Assembly: GCA_951406725.2 (NCBI GenBank)
Contig: OX597815.1
Location: 134,850,001-134,914,000, forward strand
Direction of reading: 5' to 3'
Length of the DNA: 64,000 nucleotides
From: Octopus vulgaris
Taxonomy: Eukaryota
The translations under genes and the position numbers were made by a program. The notes below the pieces were generated by a model, which was given only the letters and a program-made list of their open reading frames with translations, ran no database searches and was not told the DNA's origin. Below are positions 12,121 through 25,672 of the stretch, one piece after another; the stretch's first letter is position 1; each line of letters opens with the position of its first letter.

Positions 12121-12458
12121 GTATATATATATATATATTATAATATTTATTATTGTATTTATATTTTTGTAACTTTGTTTTTTCCGTCCTTGTTTTTGTA
12201 TACATTCGATGCTTTCTTCCAAGGAATCTAATGCTCTTCGCTTAGTTTTTCCTTGGGGCTGGCCAGATTGGAGCAATCTTAAGAATAATCAGCCGAAATT
12301 GCAATGATTATCTGGTGCTTGACTGAAGATAGAGGGCTTCGAATGACCCGTCCTAGTTTTCTTTGCATTGTCTATCTGGATGTTTTGTTGTCCATTTTTG
12401 TATCACCTAGCTGTCCGGATATTATTTTGCGTTTCTTGTCCCATTTTGTATTTTATTT

Positions 12459-12546
<88 letters not shown>

Positions 12547-12705
12547 GTTATGAGAGGTAATTGTGTCAATAAGACCCAAAGGTGTCAGGTAATGCTGAGT
12601 AAGTGTTATGGACAGACTATAGTTAAGCTGCAGGTTCGGTGATTATACGAATGAGGAGTCCAGCGTAGATCATATATCAACATGTGTATATATAAAAAAA
12701 TTTTC

Positions 12706-13107
12706 AGAATGAGATAAAAATCTATGGCTGTGAAAGATTTTAGAACATTTATAAATAGAAGGTCTTACAGCTGTTTCCGGATATTTTATATATCTCTCCA
12801 TCGGAGACGGTGTGAGAATATAGTTAAGCAATAATTATTTTAGATAAGATATGAAATAGAGAGTGAACTGGAGGAATAAAAACAGACGTAAGATATGCAG
12901 GGATATTGCATCTGCATATCTCACGTCTATTTTCATTCCTCCACTTCACTCTCTATTTTATTTCTTACCTAAAATAACTATTGCTTAACCATTTTCTCAC
13001 AGCATCTCTGATGAAGGGATATATAAAATATCCCGGAAACAGCTGTAAGACTTTCTGTTTATAAATGTTCTAAAATCTTTCACAGCCTTGGATTTTTATC
13101 TCATTCT
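12706..13107. mobile_element. ~400-bp palindromic PLE-like element with a hammerhead in each arm
   Basis: ~195-bp inverted arms around an 11-nt loop (12901-12911), with AT-dinucleotide flanks. Confidence 0.85.
13005..13050 (+). ncRNA. Type I hammerhead ribozyme (canonical core)
   Basis: UCU-CUGAUGA-A-GGGAUAU(auaaa)AUAUCCC-G-GAAAC-AGCU-GUA/AGA, with palindromic stem III ACAGCUGU. A mutated mirror copy at 12762-12808 has stem I GUCU/AGAC. Confidence 0.75.
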
Positions 13108-13112
13108 AAATA

Positions 13113-13202
<90 letters not shown>

Positions 13203-13460
13203 TGTGTATGCCAGAAAACATACCAGAAAGACAGATTGGTTCCTCTCGAATTCTTTGTAAACTCTTAAATATATATATATACTACCAAGCAAACATGATT
13301 TTTATTGAACTTCTAATACTTTTTTAATATTTTCTTAAATACTTTCTTGTAAACTGCTTTTAACACTTTCTTATTATTAACAAAAAAATGTATATATGTA
13401 TTTTAATACTTTTGTGACAACCAGTACTTAACATAACAAAGCTTATACAAAGGTTTACAT

Positions 13461-13507
13461 TTTACTTTTGACAATCTTTTTCTAAAAAGTGAAACCGGTC
13501 AAGTGAA
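13461..13507 (+). ncRNA. Type I hammerhead motif, U3:A8 core
   Basis: UUUACUU-UUGACAA-U-CUUUU(ucua)AAAAG-U-GAAAC-CG-GUC/AAGUGAA. 7-bp stem I with one G.U pair. Lies in a ~265-bp segment bounded by (TA)n. Confidence 0.65.
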
Positions 13508-13540
13508 TAAACATCTTTAAAATTGCATTTTCAAACCTTC

Positions 13541-13600
<60 letters not shown>

Positions 13601-13620
13601 ATATATACGACACGAAATAA

Positions 13621-15405
13621 TTTTTGTTTCTTTTTATGGAGACAAAGTGGTTTATAAAACTGCAAAAAAGAAGTGCTCATATGTAATTGAGACAGAGATA
13701 AAAAAAAAAAACATTGATTAGAGAACAAACATCAAATTGCAGTCAACCACTTTATATAACATCACGCTTCTATATATTTGATCATATATAAATATTACCA
13801 TGACCCTTAAACATATAAAGTATATATATAAAAAACACAGAAGTTAAAAATATATAAGCGAATAAATATACAGATATATAGAACCGCCTATCAAGAAGGT
13901 ATATACAATCGACTAAAAATTCTAAAGCATGTGATACGACTAAAAATCTAAATAAAATAAAATATCAATCGACTAAAAATTTTTTTTACTCCCCTCACAC
14001 AAAGAAAAAAGTATGTCAAAAACATTCATATCATAAAAACCATGGTAGGCTGGAGTCCAGGAGCAAAAGGAGTTCCACAAAATCAAGTCAAACACATCTA
14101 TGGCCATTTCGGAAGTTCACTGCCGCGGTTCGATTCCGAGTTAAAGTGCATCTCAGCAATGATCCCACCCTCATCAGGATGAGTAGGAATCTCAACAAAT
14201 TGATTTTTTTAAAAACTTTCCCACAAGGGGCCTAACTTAGATGGGAGATTACAAAACAATACAGGATACATAATCGGGCAAATAAAAATACAGAAAGAAA
14301 TCGAGTGAAGAAGAAAAAAAATAAAAAGAACAACTGAAAATATAAAAATGATAAAATGAGGTGCAATGCCCACTCGATCCCCGAAGTCGAGTGGTTACAT
14401 TTAGACGTTTTTTTTTAACAATTTTTTTTTACTTTTGAAAGTTCACATCGTCATTTAAATGTTCATATTTTACGACATTTTAAAACTTTCCAAGTCTTTA
14501 TGTTAAATTATGGGTGGTAGGGTATCAAACCATATCAGCCCGCCAATTGAAATTATATACTTTGCATATGTTTTTATAAACGTGTTGTATCTGTTTTCGG
14601 TCAATAATACACACTTTTGTCCATCCGTAAAATCCTCCCTGGGTAGTTTCCCCTTATTAAACCCTTCCACTTGGAAATCCTCTTTTCCACATCCACATTC
14701 TCACCGTAGTAAACTACAAATGCCTTATTTTTCAAAACCTGCGGTTCAGTCCCTTCTGTCGATTCCCGCTCCTTTGGTCCTGTTTCAATTGTCTGCATAT
14801 GTTTAAATATACGCAGTTCCTCGCCTTCTTTGAGCATCTTATCCGGTTCTTTTTCCTCCTTTTGGGGATGACAAACCCGTCACTCCCCTTACTTGTTGCT
14901 TTCGTTCTGCCTTTCTTTGACTCCACCTCTTCCGTATCCCTGGCGCACTCCATATCACTTGTGCTGTCTCCGTCCGTTATTGTGCCACTTGGTACTTTGG
15001 TCTCAACTGCTTCTTGGTCCCTCCCCACAGCCTTCCACTCTGAAGAGGCTTGTGCATGGGGCACTGCGTCTTCATGTGTCCTCTTATTCTACACTCATAG
15101 AAACTTGGTATTCGTCCCTCAACAATCACTTTGAGGGAACTCTCTCCCGGAATCGCTCTCTGGTAGGGGACCCTTTCGATGTCCTTGAAAGTGGGAAAAA
15201 AAGCCATATCTCGACGCCGTACCACCACCAGTTCAACTTGATCGTTTTTCTCACTGACACTATTTCGGGATTCTCCTCGGTAGTAGGCATAACAGCTGCT
15301 ACCAACCACGCTGGCTTTATTTCTGGTGGTATCCTTCCAATGTGAATGCGTACACTTCGCCTGCCCCTGTATGTGGTCAATGGCGTCACCTTTTCACTGC
15401 GTAAA
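13621..15405 (-). mobile_element. L1/Tx1-type ORF1 (zinc-knuckle) retroelement fragment, 5'-truncated, no ORF2 seen
   Basis: Frameshifted TYRGRRSVRIHIGRIPPEIKPAWLVAA... and KVIVEGRIPSFYECRIRGHMKTQCP (decayed CCHC). Homologous to the ORF at 38534-39448. 3' boundary uncertain. Confidence 0.7.
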
Positions 15406-15509
<104 letters not shown>

Positions 15510-16586
15510 ATAGTTGCAAGAAGCAGCGTTGAACAAAATATATGCAGGTACAATGATATTTAACACGTTGGTGATGAGGTTAAAGTTCTCCTGAAACTAA
15601 ATTTGTAGCGAAAATTCTTCTTCCCACGTTCGAGTATACGCGAATGTGTTACATGTAATTTGCATATGCGAAAATACTTTTTGACGCTGCTTCGTGCGAC
15701 ACTATTCAGTTTATTTCATGCATGACCAAGATTTACGCAGGACAGTAAATTGACACTTAGCTGTACTCATCAGATCTATCGTTCTGATAGGGCTGTGAAA
15801 GATGAATTCGATTTTCGTGTCTAATTACGTAACAGCGCAGAAATGCATGCGTCCCAGAATTTGATAACATCATTCATGGCCCAAATGTGTTTTCAAGCAT
15901 ATTGTCTAAGAGGGGAAATATCTCCTTCTTCCAAGACTATTTCTACAGTCAAAAGTTTTCTCGTTCGTGTGTACACGAACATATGACATACGATCGCACA
16001 TGTACACACACACAACCACCACCACTACCATATACACACATACACACACATACACACACTTACACACACACATACTTCACCAAACCACACACAAGCATAC
16101 ACACACTCGCACTCGCACGCACGCACGCACACATACACACCCACACAGATAGATAGGCAGACACACACACACACACACACACACAGAAGAATAAATAAAT
16201 AAATACACACATATATACATGTCAATTGGTTAATTCGTTGTGAAGAAAGAAAAGGGCATTTTTAAAAAATAAAATTTGAGAAAAAAAATTCTATAAGAAA
16301 ATTCATCTGCTCTGTCTATCATGAAAGAGCTATTTTTGAAGCTGTATACATTTCGATTTTCGAGTCTTTATAGTGCAGATATTGTTGGACATTCTTCTAA
16401 AGAAAATTAAGGATATTTTTATGAATAATGTTGAGTTGAGAGTATAGTATTAATAGTCAAGTATCTATAGCCTAAAGTTGTGCGTCTTTATACAATTCAG
16501 AGATGATAAATGAAAGCGAAGAAATTTATGAAGAATCTTTATTTTGCCTAAATGAGAAGAGTATTTCAAATAATAAACTAAAAAGT

Positions 16587-16835
16587 AAAGTTCCATCCCG
16601 AGCCATACAGACTCATAAGGGCCGGTTTCCCGTTTTCAATGGTGTGTATCTTCCCTCTTGGACAGGACGCCAGTCCGTCGCAGGGTTACTCTTTTTTTGC
16701 CAGTTGAGTGAATTGGAGCAACGTGAAATGAAGTGTTTTGCTCAAGAACACAACGCGTCTCCCGGTCCAGGAATCGAAACCACAATCTTACGATCATGAG
16801 TTGAACACCCGAACTACTAAGCCACGCGCCTCCAC
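16587..16835 (-). mobile_element. tRNA-derived SINE with V-SINE-like central domain
   Basis: Head gtggaggcgcgtggcttagtag...gtttcgattcctgg. Internal taaccctgcgacggactggcgtcctgtcc resembles the V-domain core. Confidence 0.75.
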
Positions 16836-17416
16836 TTTCAAATAATAGATTTCTGTTAACAGCCTTGTTATGTTAGGGTTCAGATTTCAGGAGTCAGGCC
16901 ACCATATCATGTGCAGGAGGGACACATTTCAACTAAACGTACTGGTGTTATCTTCAACCACAGATCAACAGTTTGTTGATGAGAATTAAAAAAAAATCTA
17001 GATCCATGCTGAAAGATTGTTGTTTTCAATGCAATACATACTGATGCATTCACAGTTTGTAAAGAATAGGAATCTAAACATATGAAATTATACATACATG
17101 CAAATGTTCCATGAGTCCAAGCAGTTCCTGTGAATGGGTTTTTTGACTGTATGCGTATTGCTTAACCAATCTTTCAGCGCAATCAGCTATAAAACCAGTG
17201 GAACAACAGAGGTTCAAACAGAAACCGGCTGCAACTCAATTTTATTTTACACGAATTTACCTTCTCCTAGAAGTTCTAACGAGAACTAGGGATCCTTCTC
17301 TCCCAGTGATTAACATACTAGTTAGCCCATAGCTGGCACCTTAGCAGCTGCTACTACTTTGAGCTAGAGTACATGCATACATATATACATACATACATAC
17401 ATACTTACATACATAC

Positions 17417-17838
17417 AAAAGAAAATAGCTACGTTGCACTATTGGGGAAGCTACAGCTACTCAATCCAGATTACAAGTTCAGATTTATAGCTGTAATTAT
17501 TGGAGCACTGGGATATGTAAAACGTTGCCTAACTACCAATCTTGAGAAATTAGGCTTCTCGAGAAAGCTGATTCGAAGACTACAAATCCAAGCCATCACT
17601 GGAACTGTAAAAATCTGTAAAACTTTCCAGAAGTTTATAATTTAAATATATACGAGCAAGAATAGACATGCAACTGTATGCTTGAGAATACATACATAAA
17701 ACAAATCTTACAAATCTGCATATATACATACAAAAATACCCTGTTGATGTTATTGAAATTCCAATCAAGGAGCCTTGGATTTAGGTTAGAAACTGGTTCT
17801 TTCTCTGTTGGCAAGAAATCTTTAAATAAAACTGAATA
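17417..17838 (+). mobile_element. 3' end of RLE-type (R4/Dong-like) LINE in a (TACA)n tract
   Basis: KENSYVALLGKLQLL...IAVIIGALGYV...LQIQAITGTVKICK resembles the RLE LINE C-terminus (IIGALG / GT.KI). (taca)n on both sides. Confidence 0.75.
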
Positions 17839-17918
17839 ATGAGATACATACATACGTACATAAATAAATTTGTATTTATCTATCTATCTATCTGTGTGTA
17901 TGTATATCTTTACATACA

Positions 17919-17968
<50 letters not shown>

Positions 17969-18799
17969 AATTGATACACAGGCAAACATATATACATACA
18001 CTCAAAGATGTAAGAAACAATGAAAAATAGAATTTGCTTTTTATGGAAATAGAAATAAAATCATATAAAAATAGTGTTGGCAAAATCTTATAATTATTAT
18101 CTGCTCAATTCGTAAGCTAAACGTTTTCATTTTCAAAAATTGTACTTTTATGTAACATCATATAAAATGTTTTTGTACGCATGAAGACAGCTTCCTGCTC
18201 TTCTTCCTCTTCCTCCTCCCCCAAATGATGATGATTATGGTCATCATAGTCATCATCAACATCATCATCCTCGTTGTCGTCGTCGCCGTCATTGTCGTCA
18301 TCATCATCATTATCATTTAGCATGAAGGATAAATATATAATGAAACCACCACTACCACCACAACAGCAGCAACAAAAACAACAATAACAATAATAATAAC
18401 AACAATATCAGTAACTAATAAACTAACATTTTAGTTATTGTGGTCAACTACATATATTAGATATGAGAGAGAACTTTATGCGTGGGTGCGTATTTTTGTA
18501 TGTAGATTTTTATTATTTAAATGTCACAACGGAATTTCTATCAACATATCAGCTTCCTATTCTTAGCTTAACCATGTTTATGGATTATTGGTCAAATGAT
18601 GACTAGAATCATCCAGTTTCCTTTGGATTCTACTGGAATAATTGAAATCAGACGATAAACTCCGCCATGCAGGCGACCGATATGGCTATAGCAGACGACA
18701 TTATACACATTACTTCAGCAAGAAATATTTTGGTCTTTAAATTTATTTATTCTTTTTTTGTGTTTTATGCTCATTATCCATCTACTACTACTACTACTT

Positions 18800-18843
<44 letters not shown>

Positions 18844-18879
18844 GATGATGATGATGATGATGACAAAAATAGTTGTTTT

Positions 18880-19080
18880 TAATTTAAGCACAATGCCAGC
18901 AGTTTCGGGGAAAAGTATTCAACGTTCCATCGACCTTAGTACTTGACTGGTACGTTATTTCATTGACGCCAGAGAGATGAAAGGGAAAAAAATGAATGCA
19001 GTAGGATTTGAACTTAGAAGTTAGGCAGCCGGAAGAAATACTAGAAATCATTTTGTCTTATGCTCTAATGATTCCGTCAA
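18880..19080 (-). mobile_element. Old SINE family B copy
   Basis: catcgaccttagtacttgactggtacgttatttcattgac...gatgaaagg...ggatttgaacttagaa. Confidence 0.6.
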
Positions 19081-20959
19081 ACCATGATGATGATGATGAA
19101 ATTAATAGATTTAGAAGAAAGGATAAAGCTTGTCTCTTAGTTGCTATGAAGTATTTCTAACGAATAGTTTGTTCATTAGAAAATACTTTATAATCAGTTT
19201 GATTTTACGAGCTTCAATTGTCTGATTCAAAAGAATGCTAATAAACAAATAATGACAAATGATCTTTTTGCAAGATTAAGCAGGTTTAATGAACTATTTT
19301 TCTGTTCAACATCAATGACCTTTTTACTATCATATCCAACCATATACAGACGTATTTTGGCGAGATCATTCCTTCTTACCCTTTTCTTCTTACAAGTTTA
19401 TACCAATTTAACAGCTCTGTACAACCTACACTTTCACTTCTAAAATGGCGTCCTGGCTATCTTAATAATTCAAAAAATAATAACCCAAAGATTTTCGAAC
19501 TCTAGGAAAAAGAATTCAAAGATAAAAACAGAATTGTCCATCCTGCTTAATAAATAATTCACAACTGAATGCTTCATTTACTAGCCACCTCTAATGACTT
19601 TTACTGGGAGGCTTTTTATCTGCTACGAAGACATTGGCCTATTGAAGGTACTTCAAGCTTGAGTTGTCTGGGATTTGACAAGACTCATCTCGATGCACTC
19701 TCTCATAGAATAACTGCTGTATTATCTTAAATAGTATGCCTGCATCAGCAATCATAATATTGATTTCGTTTGACGAGGTAGAATATCGATTTTCAAAAAA
19801 AAGAAGTGTTATAGTTGATTTAATTGAGTTCAATGTATCACTAATAGAAATAGTGAATGATAAAATCGGTAGAGTGCTTGTCAAAAGGCGGTGCACACTT
19901 CAGTTACATCCCTTCACATTAACTTCCAATCCTACAGGGTCGACTTTGCTTTTTAAGCTCTCAGGTACACTCAAAGTAGTAGTCAAATATTGGTGTTCCG
20001 TGCAATAAGTTACAACAACTCACAAGATATGTAGCCTTGTACCTATATTAGAATTTAATACAAACTGGGAGTTGTTTTTATGACCTTGGCCAGATGACCG
20101 GCAAAACGAACCATAATATAATATGTACTTAAATTAACTACTGAAAGTACGTCTTTTATTACTAAAATATAAAACTAGTTTAACTTTTAAAGCGATCAAA
20201 TTGCCAGTGGAGGAAAAGCAAAGATGATCCAGATACCATCTGAATTTAAAATCTAGATGGGAAATCGAAGTATTATTATCGCTTCTCTTAATTCACTGCA
20301 GTCTTTAGAAGATTACGTGACATAGAAAGCTATCTACCTTAACGGCAAACCTTTCTTTAACTGCAGTTAGTATCACTGCTCAATAGTCTGTTATGGTTAT
20401 TACATCTGCTGTGCCAACATAAGAGAAAGAGTTTTTAAGCGGTCACTCGACCTGCTAAATATAGCAACTAGATCTTTCTCAAACAACACTACAGTTTTAA
20501 AGGAATGAAGGATACCTTGAATAATGTGGTGCTGGACACACTTAATAAAAAACGAAATGATCATAGTTTGAACGCTTTTGATTTAAGATCTACATGAACA
20601 CAACTGACTAGTAGCTAAACAACATCTATTCACGTGAAGTTTCATCAATATCTATTTCTTAGAAATAAAAATATTTGTCATAGAAGTTAAATTTTCTTTG
20701 CAAAATTACTAAGAGTTGATTCACCTACGCTACAAAGACCACTAATAAATCAGAGCCCGACTTTCCGATGTTAGTTTATCATAACCTAGTTTCCAGCGTT
20801 GCGATTTATTCATAACTAAAACCGCATGTGAGTCAGAACGTTACCTTAAGTTACAGCTGTAGTTTGGGGTGAATAAACGTGCAATATTAATCATGAAGAC
20901 GGGTCGAAAGATTAAATCTGTTAGGATAAATTTACCGCAAGATAATATCACTAGATCAC

Positions 20960-21619
20960 TAGCAAACAATGAAGGACAGAAGTATCTAGAAGTTCTGCAG
21001 GATAGATAATAAAATAAGAAAAAGTGAGACGAGAAAGTCTCGAAACAGTAGAAAAGAAGGATCAGAAACGTGTGTGAAACAAAACTAAACGGTAAGATGT
21101 ATGACGGCTATACTAGTGTTAAGATACTCTGCTCGTTTTCTAAAGAACTGGCAAGCTGTGCACAACACATAATGCACATCGCCCAAAATGTAATACTGAC
21201 AGGCTATATTTAGCAAGAAGACGGGAGATAGAAGTTTGTTGAATACAGAAAACGCTATCAGTGCTCCAATTAGAAGTTTGGAAAACTATGTTGGTTATAG
21301 AGAGTAAAGGTTATGAAGGGCCACCAGTAAGGGAGAAGTTACTGAAACGGTGAGAAATACCAAGAACAGAAAAATGAATGGCAATTCGTGCAACAAATCG
21401 AAGACGTTGGAAGTAAAGAACAGCAGTTGTACTTGACATATGGAAACCTGAAACAAGAAACTGAATCGCTAATTAAAAGCCACACGGGAAAAAAGCCATT
21501 AAAATGAATTTCATATCGACAAAGACTGATGATGCTCAGTCACAGAACAAACACAGAATTTGTGGGTAAGGAGGCGAAAGTGCTAACCATTTCTTTACAA
21601 AGCGTAGCAAACTGGCACG
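20960..21619 (+). mobile_element. Decayed R4/Dong-like LINE fragment
   Basis: Broken-frame KYLEVLQ, DRLYLARR, LKQETESLI and a decayed zinc-knuckle region. Confidence 0.6.
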
Positions 21620-21953
21620 GTGAAGACACATGGCTTAGTGGTTAGGATATCGGGCTCACAACTATGAGGTAGTGAGATCGATTCCTGGTCTAGGCTATGT
21701 TGTGTTTTTGAGCAAGACACTTTATTTCACGTTGATCCACTTCACTTATCTGTAGAAATGTGTTGCGATGTCACTTGTGCTACGCTGTATCGGCTTTTGT
21801 CTTTCCCTTGGATAACATTGGTGGTATGGAGAGAGGAGGATGATATGCATGGGCGACTGCTGGTCTTCCATAAAAACCTTGCCCGGATTTGTGCCTCGGA
21901 GGGTAACTTTCTAGGCGCAATCCTATGGTCATTTGTGACCGAGGTAGTCTCTC
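21620..21953 (+). mobile_element. tRNA-derived SINE family A
   Basis: gtgaagacacatggcttagtggttagg...gagcaagacactttatttcac...cctcggagggtaactttctagg. Homologous to 4590-4915. Confidence 0.85.
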
Positions 21954-21961
21954 TATATATA

Positions 21962-22177
21962 CGAGGAGTGCTGAAAAGTTCCTGGGTTTAAGCGTATCGC
22001 GAAAGGCCTGGCTGGAGGTCCGACTTTCCTAGTTCTTTTACATGGATTAGAAAAACCGAAGGACCGCTGCAATAAGTACGTAAATCCGAGAGCGGAATAT
22101 GTTGAATAAAATCATAATTAGCTGATCCTTCTGTATTTCTTTTTACCCAAAGCCAGGAATTTTTCAGCACCCTTTCG
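21962..22177. mobile_element. Mariner-derived MITE (216 bp)
   Basis: TA|cgaggagtgctgaaaagttcctgg ... ccaggaatttttcagcaccctttcg|TA. The interior retains a mariner transposase C-terminal tail (CNK..N.R.EYVE*). Confidence 0.88.
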
Positions 22178-22299
22178 TATATATATATATATATAAATTT
22201 TACTTTCCTGTAAATTAGAATTTTTTGCCTACTTTCTTAAATTTACTCTTAAAAATACATGATGCCATATACTCTGAAGTTTTAATTTGTGCAGTAGAG

Positions 22300-22870
22300 G
22301 AGCAACAGGAAAAATGCAGGATGTTTGGAGAAAATGAAGAAACTGTGCAGTATATCATCAGTCAATGCACCAAGCTAACACAGAAAGAATAGAAGCTAAC
22401 ATAGTGAAAATAGTTCACTGAGAGTTAAGCGGAAAATATGGGTTTCAAAGAGCGAGTCAGCGGTATGAGCACAAACCAGAAGGCGTTGTAGAAGAGGACC
22501 TTGCCAAGGTTTTGAGGGATTTTATGATACAATGTGACCTTGAAATTGAACATCACAAAACAGATATTTTTTTTTTATATAGTAATTAACTAAGTCTACA
22601 AATAGCGTTTGCTTCTAAATGTGGCTTGTCCAGCTGGCAATAAAGTTTGTGACAAGGAATTGAAAAATATGAACTATTAACATGAAAAATAAAACATTTG
22701 TGGGCAATTGAAAAGATTGAAGTGGTCTCGGTTGCTGGGGTGCTTGGTACCGTGAGCACCAGAATTGTAAACTAATTTTAAAATATCGGGGACATCATCA
22801 GGGTGGAACTTAAAGAAACCAACCCTCCTTGGAACTGCTAGAATATTTAGAAAAGTGCTTGACCACTTCA
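22300..22870 (+). mobile_element. R4/Dong-like LINE 3' fragment
   Basis: KCRMFGENEETVQYIISQCTKL, RDFMIQCDLEIEHHK, GVLGTVS and LLGTARIFRKVL, followed by (TAA)n. Confidence 0.75.
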
Positions 22871-22943
22871 GTTTACTGGTTTTGGATTGCTGGCACGGTA
22901 TTACATCACTAGCAACAAATAATGCTCGATAAACAACAACAAC

Positions 22944-22997
<54 letters not shown>

Positions 22998-23000
<3 letters not shown>

Positions 23001-23212
23001 CCTTTCTGCTGGAGGCACAAGGCCTCCGATTTGTGGGGAGGAGTCTAATCGATTACATCGACACCAGTATTTCCCTGGTACTTATTTAACCGACCTCGAA
23101 AGGATGAAAGGCAAATTCAACCTCAGTGTAATTTGAACTCAGAACGTAGCGACGGGCGAAATACCGCTAAGTATTTCGTCCAGCCTGTTAATGATTCTGC
23201 CAGCTCGCCACC
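22998..23212 (-). mobile_element. SINE family B (tRNA head, Meta-domain-like body)
   Basis: Minus: ggtggcgagctggcagaatcatt...tgagttcaaat...tttgcctttcatcctttcgaggtcggttaaataagtaccag. Confidence 0.85.
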
Positions 23213-23269
23213 TTAAATAATAATAATAATGATAATAATGATGATGATGATGATAGACAGACTAGGGCA

Positions 23270-23845
23270 GTACATCCACTGGAATGATTTGACTTCCAGA
23301 CAGACCAGGTGTTAGAGCACTGAAAGCCAAACATAGTAACCTTAAGGAGGGACAAACAAGAGTGCCTAATAATCGAAGTTGTCACTGAGAATAGGAAAAT
23401 GAAAACTCCTGTGGGATGCAATGATCCAGTGCGATCACTTGACCAGACATCGGAAACCGGGCGTTTTTGTGGTGAATAAAAAAAAGAACATGCATGATAA
23501 TCGATGTAGCATGCGCCGGTGAAAACAAGATCAGTGTGAAAGAAGAAGAAAAAATTAACAACTATGACGATTTGGAATGAGAAATACGAGGGTTGTGGTC
23601 AATGAAGAGATTAGACGAGATACCAATAGTAATTGGTGCACTTGGATGTATCAGCACTCATCTACCAGCATGGCTGAAAAATATTGGTGCAAGTGTGAAG
23701 GTAGAACACCTACAAAAATCAGCATTGCTTGGAACTGCAAGAATTATTCGCTGTTTTCTTGAAGCATGACGAGTAGACAAGTGTCACTTTAATCTGATGG
23801 CTGTGGACAGCTGACACTCTCCATCATACCCAGTAAAATAATTTG
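23270..23845 (+). mobile_element. R4/Dong-like LINE 3' fragments
   Basis: WDAMIQCDHL, IIDVACAGENKISVKEEEKINNY, PIVIGALGC and LQKSALLGTARIIR (RLE domain and C-terminus). Confidence 0.75.
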
Positions 23846-23874
23846 TGACTTTTCATCACATAATGATGATGATG

Positions 23875-23906
<32 letters not shown>

Positions 23907-23944
23907 TATTATTATTATTATTATTATAATTATAATAATAATAA

Positions 23945-25030
23945 CAAGAAAGTTGCTGACTAGATACAGGATATTCCACTCAAAAAGTGACACAGACAAG
24001 CTGTATGTACTAAGAAAAAGAGGGGGAAGAGGACTGATTGGATGCGAACACAGCATTAGAGCAGAAGTAAACAACATAGCATGGTATGTAAAAAATACCA
24101 GAGAACCGCTATTATTGGAAGTAAGAAGGTCAGGCTTGTGTAGGATGGGAGATTGAAAAGATAAAGCACTGTAAAAGCACTTGCGAATGAATGAAACGGA
24201 AAATAGGTAGATAAAGAAAAGAATGCATGGACAGTTTCATATGGATGTTGAAGATAAGACAGACAGGGAAAAAATAGCTATGGATGACTAAAATTGATAT
24301 AAAACGGAAACAGAGTCTCTAATTTGTGTTGCCCAAGAGCAAGCATCAAATACAGAATAAACAATACATCAGAAAGTGATAAGTGCAGAATTTGTGGTCA
24401 AAATGGTGAAACCGTATGGCATATTACTAGTCAATGTACGCCACTAGTCCAGAAAGAATATAAGAGACGTCATGACAACATAGCAAGTGTTGTCCATTGG
24501 ACACTTTGCAATAAGTATAGACTTGACAGAACAAAAAGTGGTACGAATCTAAACCCGAAAGCATCATTGAACATGATAATGTAAAGATCCTATGGGATTT
24601 TATGATTCAGAGCGACCATGAGATAGAGAATAGGAAGTCAGGCATAGTGTTAATTGAGAAAGAAAGAAAAAGATGCTGGATCATAGATATAGCATGCTCA
24701 GCTGACAACAGGGTATATGATAAGGAAGAAAGAAAATTCAATAGATATGACAGGCTAGTTTGGGAGGTTAAGCAGTTGTTGTTGCTGAAAAAGGTGGTAG
24801 TAGTACCAATAATTGTCGGAGCCCTGGGAACAGTGAGTAAAAATCTTGAGAAGTACATGGAACAAATAGGGTGGAGCACTTGCAGCAAACAACACCGCTT
24901 GGAACCGCTCGCATACTCCGGATGGCGCTCAAAAAATAAAGAGTGTTACCTTAGTTCACTGGTAGTGAACAGCTGGCACCGTAGTATATCTCCAGTGATA
25001 GAAGCTGTGCAAAGACAATAAAATAATAAT
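23945..25030 (+). mobile_element. R4/Dong-like LINE 3' 1.1 kb (CCHC plus restriction-like endonuclease)
   Basis: DKLYVLRKRGGRGL, ETESLICVAQEQA, CRICGQNGETVWHITSQC...YKRRHD, WDFMIQSD..IENRK..IV...IIDIAC and VPIIVGALGTV. (TAA)n at both ends. Confidence 0.9.
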
Positions 25031-25034
25031 AATA

Positions 25035-25619
25035 AATGCCCTGGTGCAGTTCCAGGCAGTAACTCTCATGGCTTCTCATTTTAACTTATTGGAAGCGTTA
25101 TCATGTACATTGTTTTGTCTTGGTATAAAAGATGGGCTACAGCAAATATTCTGCTCAATACCACAGATTTGCTTATTAGTTGTTTGACCGTAACCAGTTG
25201 AGCATGTCCCTTAGTGGCTGACGATATGTACATCTCTGATCACGAGCGGAAGTAGTGGGAGAGCATCATAGCCATGCATCGAGAGGAATTGTTGGGGGTT
25301 TGGATAATTCACCTTTGGAGAAACATGGGTGTTTCGTTCAACATCCTTAAACAACCCTTATTCAGAGACCTTTTGAGCGGGACGGGCCACTCAAAGAAAA
25401 TTCTAACTGGGTCCCACCTACAAAGTCATGCGCTGTTAATCTTGATATGAGATCACCATGTCGCACACATATGGTTGTGATGCATGTTCCTGATGTACCC
25501 TTATGAGACGGGTAGTATTGATGGGTATACTGGGCTTCGTATATTTGTACCCCAGTGCCACTTTGATGACATGCACTGCTCTCTCACTCAATAATAATAA
25601 CAACAACAACAACAACAAC

Positions 25620-25672
<53 letters not shown>

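Noticed and set aside
12255-12356. GGCTG...CAGCC-GAAA and a nearby CTGAAGA...GAAT as possible hammerheads
   Set aside because: Core halves cannot be assembled with stems and a valid NUH site in either register.
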